Origin: an uncultured Flavobacterium sp.
Lineage (GTDB): Bacteria > Bacteroidota > Bacteroidia > Flavobacteriales > Flavobacteriaceae
Reading direction: 5' to 3'
Assembly (NCBI GenBank): GCA_963513545.1
Contig: CAUPQW010000001.1
Location: 298,194-362,193, forward strand
Length of the DNA stretch: 64,000 nt
Shown: piece after piece, positions 56,801-63,532 of the stretch
Position numbering within the stretch: position 1 is the stretch's first letter
Layout: each line of letters begins with the position of its first letter
Translations under genes and position numbers: made by a program
The notes under the pieces: model-generated
Seen by the model: only the letters and a program-made list of their open reading frames with translations
Told to the model about the DNA's origin: nothing
Database searches by the model: none

Positions 56801-58973
56801 ACAAGAAATTGACGCAACCCAATTGATGCAGGAACCTCCCAAATTATCCGTAACCATTACCCATGGCGATGTGTTTTGTAATGATGGAAATGATGGTTGG
56901 GCTACAGCAAATGTTGTGGGCGGAACCCCTCCGTATGATTATAAATGGTCGAATGAAGTAGAAATTGATACAAACACTGTTTTAAAAGCGGGTGAATATT
57001 GGGTATTTATTACAGATGCCAAAGGATGTACTACGCAAGAAAGTATTACGATTTCAGAACCTGCAGCACCGCTTGCTATTAAATATATCGAAGTTCTTAA
57101 TCCAAGTTTTTACAAAGCGACCAATGGAAAAATAGTGGTAGAAGTTACCGGTGGTACTATTTTCTCAGACAACTCCTATTGGTTTGAATGGAAAAATAGT
57201 AAAGGAATTGTACAAACGACAACCACAACGAATTTCAGTAACGGAGTTTATACCATTTCCTTAAACGGGCTTCCGGAGGAAATGTATAGCTTAACAGTTC
57301 GTGATGCCAATTATAATCCTGCAACAAATAAAACAAGTTGCACCGTGGCAAATTCTTTAACAGCTTTAGACGACCCGGATCCGCTTGAAGTTACTTTTGA
57401 GGTAGTTCGTACTATTTCCTGTAATGTGAGTAATGAATTTGGAAATGAGACCGATGCTGATCCGATGGACAATCAAAGAGATGAATCGCAGGATGGTCTT
57501 TTGACAGCCCATGTTAAGGGAGGGATTCAGTTGCAGGCGGATAAAAATAACGGATTGCCTTATTTTTATACATGGAAAAAACAACAAAAAGATGGTTCGT
57601 GGACAATCTGGAATGATCAGGATGAAACCGCAGAAAATTTGTCTGACGGAACCTATGCTTTGAATATTGAAGATGCCAACGGAATAAAACTCGGAACGTA
57701 TCTCAATAATATTTTGGTTCAGGCAAAAGATGTTGCCCAATATATGCCGGAGCCTGAAAAATTAAAACTCACTTTTACTAAGTTAGATGTAGGCTGTACA
57801 ACAGGAAATGACGGTTGGGCAGAAGCGCATGTTTCCGGGGGCACTCCACCTTATATGTATGAGTGGACAAATGGAGAAACAACCCCAAGAATAGAAAACA
57901 TTACCACAAACAATTACTTTGTAATCGCAACCGATGCAAAAGGTTGTATTGTTCAGGGAAGCATTTTTGTTGGTGATCCAAAAGGAATATTTACGACTGA
58001 AATCATCAAAAATACTACTTGTTATCAAGGGAATGATGCTTCGATAGAATTAAATGTTACAGGTGGAAATTTACCTTACAGCTATTTATGGAACACTGGT
58101 GCTACGACCAAAGACCTAAATAATCTTACAGCAGGAAATTATGAAGTTGCTATTACCTGTCCTGATTGCTGTACATATAAAAAGAAATTTGTTTTAAAAG
58201 ATCCGCAACCTGTTATTGTAAATATTGGTCCTGACAGAACCTTATGCAACGATCAGAATCTGGATTTAGAGGCGAAAATTGCAGATCCGAAAGCACAATA
58301 CAGCTGGACCTCTACAAATGGATTTACCTCGAATGAAGCAAAAGTAAATGTATCAAAAGCCGGAACCTATCACGTAAAAGTAACTTCAGGTTTAGGATGT
58401 GTTAGCGAAGATGAAATTGTAATAAAAACAAGTCAGGCAGTAATTAATTCCGAATTTTTATTGAGCTCTCAGGCTTATTTGGATGAAGAAGTAATATTGA
58501 TTAATACAAGCAGCCCTATTGGCGAAGATACAGAATGGGTGATACCTCAAGGGGTGAATAGTATAGAGCAAAACGAAAAATACGCAACACTCAAATTTAG
58601 TGCGATTGGTACTTATACCATTGGTCTGAAGCAAACACAAGGGGAGTGTTATGCTACATTTAATAAAAATATTACGGTAGAGCAACGAAGTACATTACCT
58701 AATACAGGCACAACATCGCAATTCATTGTAGATTTTATCGTAACTCCAAATCCGAGTAATGGTAATTTTAAAGCACTTGTGACTTTAGAAAACAATAGTG
58801 ACATAAACCTAAGACTATTCTCAACAACAGGACAAAATACTATGATTCAGAAAAAAGAATCCGGAAAGAAAAAGTATGAAATAGATTTTGAGACCACATT
58901 AGAATCCGGAATGTATGTTTTAGTATTAGAAACAGGGCAACAAACATTGGTTAAAAAAATTATCATCAATTAA
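53883..58973 (+). CDS. giant SprB-repeat cell-surface protein with T9SS type-A C-terminal sorting domain
   Basis: ATG at 53883 (MKKIYVLIILLVSGFCFSQG), 4 nt after the upstream stop. SprB-type repeats: CHQGNNGWATATVTGGTGAYTYTWYN, CNDGNDGWATANVVGGTPPYDYKWSN, CTTGNDGWAEAHVSGGTPPYMYEWTN, CYQGNDASIELNVTGGNLPYSYLWN. C-terminal TPNPSNGNFKALV...GMYVLVLETGQQTLVKKIIIN. Confidence 0.88.
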   Translation: MKKIYVLIILLVSGFCFSQGVGVYDVSFNITGIDVKVNISGNCGSRLQSWLIFSNAADQSFFYQPVGDGQNLPRNWTATFPSSNKLTKIKYYSEGREYHGGLNSGCKNDHNSTESQNVSYGITEYYIGNYFTRLYNLSATLKILPKLHIEIPANNILPTTDKVTIKSDTGFLSSEYNWQYSFNPLDSSSWVSLPQFNTANISVNALDVLPVLDETSHGKIVYFRQIAYNGAAVSNPVPYSIRLSAPKVASAVPVQPSCSDTNDGFIKLVFDRTLYPGEQLNYTLLDLTTNTPTDYNGTLSIAADKSFVISGLRKGNYMLQLIGFKNGLSTATDADRYDLKSFTIASPPVLDFTLNSTDVQCYGSQDGTITITPTGGTRTVLDNDYYSLDNGLNWVAFPNNTPHTITGLELGTYKVKLKDMNGCIARIQTSVNGEIQLGDDKVLEKTISQPASPLTLNYTFKKDPTFYGAANGKLTASITGGTINDDKSYEYEWKNSNGIALLATAQYNAADKTYNITLDNVPEGEYKLTVKDKNYSNASNKTACSIIESSQILTQPDQIIIALAETQPISCNTGNLESDVNKFSDGILKATVSGGVKFTGSANNGLPYKFIWSKYNTATNLWEELTDYKTDTAENLSKGNYSLNITDANGIVQGTYNTTDLVTAVPTTKEIAEPTKLELSFTSENVFCHQGNNGWATATVTGGTGAYTYTWYNTGNGTIDQNKITQLTAGEYFVEVTDAKGCFIKGSIKISEPTEMVKIDYEEIFTPTFSGATNGRIIARITGGTPNDDQSYNYEWKNGAGVLQTTTAEIKDGIYTITLNGVPADDYFLTIKDKNYNEAINQIINCSVLESKVTLNQPDPLKVVFEIVRTISCNTSNEFGNDTDTTPNDGQRDESQDGILTAHVSGGTPLASSVNNGLPYYFYWKKQQTDGSWTSLPDITGETASDLSHGNYALNVKDRNGIMLGTYINNQLTQEIDATQLMQEPPKLSVTITHGDVFCNDGNDGWATANVVGGTPPYDYKWSNEVEIDTNTVLKAGEYWVFITDAKGCTTQESITISEPAAPLAIKYIEVLNPSFYKATNGKIVVEVTGGTIFSDNSYWFEWKNSKGIVQTTTTTNFSNGVYTISLNGLPEEMYSLTVRDANYNPATNKTSCTVANSLTALDDPDPLEVTFEVVRTISCNVSNEFGNETDADPMDNQRDESQDGLLTAHVKGGIQLQADKNNGLPYFYTWKKQQKDGSWTIWNDQDETAENLSDGTYALNIEDANGIKLGTYLNNILVQAKDVAQYMPEPEKLKLTFTKLDVGCTTGNDGWAEAHVSGGTPPYMYEWTNGETTPRIENITTNNYFVIATDAKGCIVQGSIFVGDPKGIFTTEIIKNTTCYQGNDASIELNVTGGNLPYSYLWNTGATTKDLNNLTAGNYEVAITCPDCCTYKKKFVLKDPQPVIVNIGPDRTLCNDQNLDLEAKIADPKAQYSWTSTNGFTSNEAKVNVSKAGTYHVKVTSGLGCVSEDEIVIKTSQAVINSEFLLSSQAYLDEEVILINTSSPIGEDTEWVIPQGVNSIEQNEKYATLKFSAIGTYTIGLKQTQGECYATFNKNITVEQRSTLPNTGTTSQFIVDFIVTPNPSNGNFKALVTLENNSDINLRLFSTTGQNTMIQKKESGKKKYEIDFETTLESGMYVLVLETGQQTLVKKIIIN

Positions 58974-58975
58974 AA

Positions 58976-61900
58976 ATGAAGAACTTTTTCAAAAATATAA
59001 TTTTATTCATATTGTTCCCCCTTTGGGGGCTAGGGGGATTTGGCTCAGGGGCTTACGCTCAGCTTTATCCGGTTCAGTTAACACCTGTTTTCAATAGTCC
59101 GTATAGTGTCAAAATGTCGGATTATACCAACAGCATGGATATTAAAATGCAATTGCTGATCAATCCTACAGATATCTCTATATCGCAAAGACAGGTACGT
59201 CTAAAATTTTACATACAAGGTAACGGACTCAACATACAAAGCAGTGATTATATACAGGGGCAGCGCCCAATTTTTATAAATGGTGGAGAATTGCAAACGC
59301 TTACCAATACTGATATTGCGGCACTATTTAGGTTAGAAAATCTGCAGGGAATTTCTCCTGCACAATATGCCAATGGATTACCTGAAGGGATGTATAGCTT
59401 TTGCTTTGAAATGTATGATTTTGTGACCAACCAGAAGATCTCACAAAAAAGCTGTTCCAGTTTATACCTGATCTTAAATGATCCACCAATATTAAATACG
59501 CCACAAAAAAACGAACAAATTGCTTCAACAGAATTTCCGAATATTTTATTTACCTGGACACCGCGCCAGATCAATGCAACCAATGTATCGTATAAGTTTG
59601 AGTTAAAACAGCTTATTGATCCTGCATTAGACCCACAATTCGGGTTTCAAATGTCTCCCATTTTATATGAGGAAACACTTTTTGGGACTGCTTTGCTGTA
59701 TAATTTAAGCATGCCAATTCTTACCCCTGGATTGCGTTATGCATGGCGGGTAAAAGCGATTTCGACCACAGGACTTTCAGAGAATGCCATATTTAAGAAT
59801 GATGGATACAGCGAGATCTATTCGTTTAAATATACATCGTCCTGTACTGCCCCAACTTTTTTATTAAGCGAATCCCAGAGTTCTAAAAGTGTCAAAATCA
59901 CTTGGCAAGGAACGCCGGAACATACACGCTATCAGGTACAATACAAAAAACAAGGTGTTCGTAATGCACAATGGTTTTCGATCAATAGTTTAAACACACA
60001 AAGCTTAATCACCAATTTAGAGCCCGGTGTTACGTATCAGTTTAGAGTAGGTTCAAGCTGTGATCCCGTAACCGAAGGCGTTCAGTCGTTTACCTATTCC
60101 GGCATCAGCACCTTTACAACACCTACAGAGACAAGTGGCGTTGCTGCTTATAACTGTGGTATTATTCCTCAAATTAATATTCAGAACCAAAAACCGCTTA
60201 CGAATTTAATACAAGGCGAAACGTTTAAGGCGGGCGATTTTCCGGTCACAATTTCTGAACTTAAAGGCGAGAACAGTCCTTATTCAGGACGCGGTTATAT
60301 AATGGTTCCTTATTTAAATCAAATTAAAATAGCTGTTCAGTTTAGTAATATCACGATCAATACCGATTATCAATTGATTAGCGGTGTTGTGGAAACGGCT
60401 TATGATGCGAAGTGGAGTGATGTTGTTAATGGAAAAGAAATAATTGATGATGTAAAAAGTTTACTGGAAGGAATTGCGGATCTCTTTAATAGAGCCGATG
60501 AATTAGAAAAGCAAAAAGCGGCGGGTACAACTAGTGAAGAAGATTATAATAAGAATTGGAAAGAAATTTATGCTGGTCTGGAAAAAGCTAAGGAACAATA
60601 TAAAACATTAGTAAATGCTCCTGATATTCCTGAGGACTTAAAGAAAAAAGTTGCTGATTTAGATCCGGTTTTTGTTGAGTTGGCTTCTAATAATTATACA
60701 ACGTCAGGCAATCAAAACCAGGAGAATTTAGCAAAAACAAACGCAGTTTTTGATGAAGTAAATAAGTTTTTTAGTGAAAAATGTGATGTTGCACTTAAAA
60801 GTGTTGTAGCCTTTTTAGCGACAGAAAAAGTAACTTATTTAAAATTAGTAGCCAGTGAAGTGTCAAAAACTACAGCATCAGTTTCAGGAAGCAAGACATA
60901 TATGACCTCTATTTATGAGGAAGGAAAAGGCACTTTAAAAATAATACATTATAAAGGATGGAGTATTAGTAACCCTGTCCAGAACTTATTTTTGATTGAG
61001 ACCAATGATGCAGAATTAAATAAATTAAAAATAACAAAATTTTGGTTGAGCTATGTCCCCAATAGTGTAGATGGATATGCAGCGGGAGTTGATGTAACAA
61101 TTTATTTTAAAGATCCGGTACCAAATCCTGATGAACCTTTTTGTACACAAAAAACCACTATTGTCAAAGGTGTTTCTGCGCAAGCACAATTTTCAGATGC
61201 AATGGGACAAATGGTTTTTTATGGAGCTTTAGGTTTAGGTTCAGTAGAGGCATTAGCAAGCGTAAAAGCAACCGAATGTATTACAGGATTTGCCCTTGAT
61301 ACAGGCTTTCAAATGGGGATAAATGCTATTGTAAAACGATATTTGAATGAGAGTTTTACGACGAAACAATTAATGAAAGAAGTTTCCCTGCCAAGTGCAG
61401 CGACAAGCTGTGCAACAGCGGCTCTAGTAAATAAATGCGGTACGGGATGTGCAGGTGTTAGTGGTTTTGTAGTAGGTTTTGGTGATGATATTTTAAACCA
61501 GCTAAAAAGCGGAAAAAGCTTATCTGAGGTAGAAATTAGCCAAAGTACTTTAAACGGTATAAAGCAAGCAATTTTAACTATCGTACTTCAAAAAGTAATT
61601 ACTTTTGGTATAGGTAAATTTTCTGCATGGAAGGGTAAATATACACCAAAACAGGTTGAAGATGCTTTAGAAGATTTGCAGGCTAACCCTGAGAAGTATG
61701 GAGTTGAAGGAGCTTTAGTAGCAAAGAATGTTGAGGATGTGATTTCAAAAAAGGTTTTAAAAACGATCACGAAATACGATAGAAAGTTAGGAAAAACGGT
61801 TGAATATCCAATGTATAATAATTTAGCTTTAGGAAAAGATTTAAATGGTACCCTTAAAAAATTTGGTGATGAAGTTGGCGCTAATGTTTGGACTGCTGAA

Positions 61901-62221
61901 ACTGATAATGTTTTTACTTCAATGTATGATCTTATGGATAGTAGAAGTTTCGAGAGAAACATTTCTGATGTATTTACTCAAACGATCAAAAATGAAGGAA
62001 AAATACTTTTTGATATAACTAGTGTAAATATTCAAAAAGCAATTGATGGAGGTTTAACACATAATACTAAATTGGTACTTGATGATAAACTAGTTACAGA
62101 ATTAGAATTACAATTAATTCTAAGAAATCAATCTTGGTTTGAAAATGTTATATTCCATAATCAAGGGAAGATATTATCTAATCAAGAGCTTACAAATGCA
62201 GGTATTAAATTAATTAATTAG
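58976..62221 (+). CDS. polymorphic toxin: signal peptide, conserved N-terminal domain, Fn3, coiled coil, Gly/Cys-rich pre-toxin region, conserved handle, ~170-aa variable C-terminal tip
   Basis: ATG 2 nt after the upstream stop. Signal MKNFFKNIILFILFPLWGLGGFGSGAYAQ. Fn3: VKITWQGTPEHTRYQVQYKK...YQFRVGSSC. The handle GFGDDILNQLKSGKSLSEVEISQSTLNGIK...GIGKFSAWKGKYTPKQVEDALEDL..PEKYG is duplicated at 62660-62895 in front of a different tip. Confidence 0.8.
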   Translation: MKNFFKNIILFILFPLWGLGGFGSGAYAQLYPVQLTPVFNSPYSVKMSDYTNSMDIKMQLLINPTDISISQRQVRLKFYIQGNGLNIQSSDYIQGQRPIFINGGELQTLTNTDIAALFRLENLQGISPAQYANGLPEGMYSFCFEMYDFVTNQKISQKSCSSLYLILNDPPILNTPQKNEQIASTEFPNILFTWTPRQINATNVSYKFELKQLIDPALDPQFGFQMSPILYEETLFGTALLYNLSMPILTPGLRYAWRVKAISTTGLSENAIFKNDGYSEIYSFKYTSSCTAPTFLLSESQSSKSVKITWQGTPEHTRYQVQYKKQGVRNAQWFSINSLNTQSLITNLEPGVTYQFRVGSSCDPVTEGVQSFTYSGISTFTTPTETSGVAAYNCGIIPQINIQNQKPLTNLIQGETFKAGDFPVTISELKGENSPYSGRGYIMVPYLNQIKIAVQFSNITINTDYQLISGVVETAYDAKWSDVVNGKEIIDDVKSLLEGIADLFNRADELEKQKAAGTTSEEDYNKNWKEIYAGLEKAKEQYKTLVNAPDIPEDLKKKVADLDPVFVELASNNYTTSGNQNQENLAKTNAVFDEVNKFFSEKCDVALKSVVAFLATEKVTYLKLVASEVSKTTASVSGSKTYMTSIYEEGKGTLKIIHYKGWSISNPVQNLFLIETNDAELNKLKITKFWLSYVPNSVDGYAAGVDVTIYFKDPVPNPDEPFCTQKTTIVKGVSAQAQFSDAMGQMVFYGALGLGSVEALASVKATECITGFALDTGFQMGINAIVKRYLNESFTTKQLMKEVSLPSAATSCATAALVNKCGTGCAGVSGFVVGFGDDILNQLKSGKSLSEVEISQSTLNGIKQAILTIVLQKVITFGIGKFSAWKGKYTPKQVEDALEDLQANPEKYGVEGALVAKNVEDVISKKVLKTITKYDRKLGKTVEYPMYNNLALGKDLNGTLKKFGDEVGANVWTAETDNVFTSMYDLMDSRSFERNISDVFTQTIKNEGKILFDITSVNIQKAIDGGLTHNTKLVLDDKLVTELELQLILRNQSWFENVIFHNQGKILSNQELTNAGIKLIN

Positions 62222-62225
62222 TTAT

Positions 62226-62552
62226 ATGGAAAAAATAACAGAAATTTTTGGATTACAAATACACGCAATAATTCATTATTATAATGAAAAAAAAATATCA
62301 ATAAGTTTTGATAATACTAATATAAGAATAGAATTTTATAATTGTCCCCTGGTTTTCGACTCAGGTATTATAGGAAAAAAAGTGCTAGTAGCCGAAAGGT
62401 ATAAAGGAGAGATGAGTTTTGTACTTGTTTTTAGAGAAATGAAATTGGATGTCGATGATTATAAATATTTTATAATTAAAGGGCAAGAAGGGTTAGAGCA
62501 TTATCAGAATCAAATAAGAATTGCGTATCAATCGATGGAGATAATTTTATAA
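62226..62552 (+). CDS. putative cognate immunity protein of the 1081-aa toxin
   Basis: 108-aa ORF starting 4 nt after the toxin stop. No signal peptide. No family recognised. Position-based call. Confidence 0.55.
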   Translation: MEKITEIFGLQIHAIIHYYNEKKISISFDNTNIRIEFYNCPLVFDSGIIGKKVLVAERYKGEMSFVLVFREMKLDVDDYKYFIIKGQEGLEHYQNQIRIAYQSMEIIL

Positions 62553-62674
62553 TAATTTATTGATTTTCCCTAATTCCGAACTACTAGGTTTTTTAGCGAT
62601 TTTAAAAACTTTCGGATGATAGTTGATATCAATCATTTTATAAAACCTTTACATAAACAGGTTTTGGTGATGAT

Positions 62675-63532
62675 GTGTTGAACCAGTTAAAAAGTGGAAA
62701 AAGCTTATCTGAGGTAGAAATTAGCCAAAGTACATTAAACGGTATTAAGCTAGGTATTTTAAATATTGTGGTCCAAAAAGCAATTACTTTTGGTATAGGT
62801 AAATTTTCTGCTTGGAAAGGTAAATACACTCCAAAACAGGTTGAAGAGGCATTGGAGGATTTAGAATTACATCCCGAGAAGTATGGATTGAAAGGTACTG
62901 AAATAGACGCGACTTTAAGTATAATGCTTAAAAATGCAGATTTTAAAAAGATTTATGAAAATTTGAGTAATGGTAATATTACGAGGGTTTATAGTAAAAT
63001 CTTTAGTATTGAAGAAGAAGCATTAATAAGATTTTATCAAGAAGGTTCATATTACAATTTCAATCAAGCATTAATTAACAAAACTGCTTCACAAGATATA
63101 TTAACTATTGAAAAGATGTTAAATAAGACTTTAGATAAAATTCCATCCAAAGCAGGTAATTATTTCAGAGGTGTAGGAAAAGAAGAAACCTTGAAATTAT
63201 TAGCAAAAAAAGAAGGTGGTGAAATTGGATATGATAATTTTCTATCTAGCTCAAGCGAAAAAGATGTAGCTTGGGGTTTTCTAAGAAAGGTTAATGAGAT
63301 GGATGAAAAAGCATTTATAACAGTAATATCTAAAAATGGCAAAAATCTTGAGAGTGGTAGAGATGTTATGAGAGGAGAGTTTGAAATGCTGCATAAAAGT
63401 AAAACAAAATTCGAAATAGAAAAGATTGAATTTATTGAGAAAGAAATTTTAAATATAGATGATGTAGCAATTGATGGTGCAACACCAGATGTAATCAAGA
63501 AATTTTATTTAATAACAATAAAAGAATTATGA
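62675..63532 (+). CDS. orphan toxin cassette: handle remnant plus ADP-ribosyltransferase-like tip (no ATG start)
   Basis: The frame opens right after a TAA (62654-62656), and homology to the main gene begins at 62660. Only GTG/TTG starts are available (62675/62678). ART signature: SYYNFNQALI, YFRG (Arg codon 63167-63169), FLSSSSE (63245-63256), GEFEML (E-x-E, 63377-63385). Confidence 0.7.
   Translation: MLNQLKSGKSLSEVEISQSTLNGIKLGILNIVVQKAITFGIGKFSAWKGKYTPKQVEEALEDLELHPEKYGLKGTEIDATLSIMLKNADFKKIYENLSNGNITRVYSKIFSIEEEALIRFYQEGSYYNFNQALINKTASQDILTIEKMLNKTLDKIPSKAGNYFRGVGKEETLKLLAKKEGGEIGYDNFLSSSSEKDVAWGFLRKVNEMDEKAFITVISKNGKNLESGRDVMRGEFEMLHKSKTKFEIEKIEFIEKEILNIDDVAIDGATPDVIKKFYLITIKEL

Noticed and set aside
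53114-58685. Minus-strand ORFs 53114-53359, 55280-55474, 57366-57740, 57783-58028, 58458-58685
   Set aside because: All are antisense to the Fn3 and SprB-repeat genes, whose repeat and domain structure is continuous in the sense frame.
61588-62829. Minus-strand ORFs 61588-61962 and 62638-62829 sharing the peptide YLPF(H/Q)AENLPIPKVI
   Set aside because: Their similarity is just the antisense image of the duplicated toxin handle. The sense-strand interpretation explains both.
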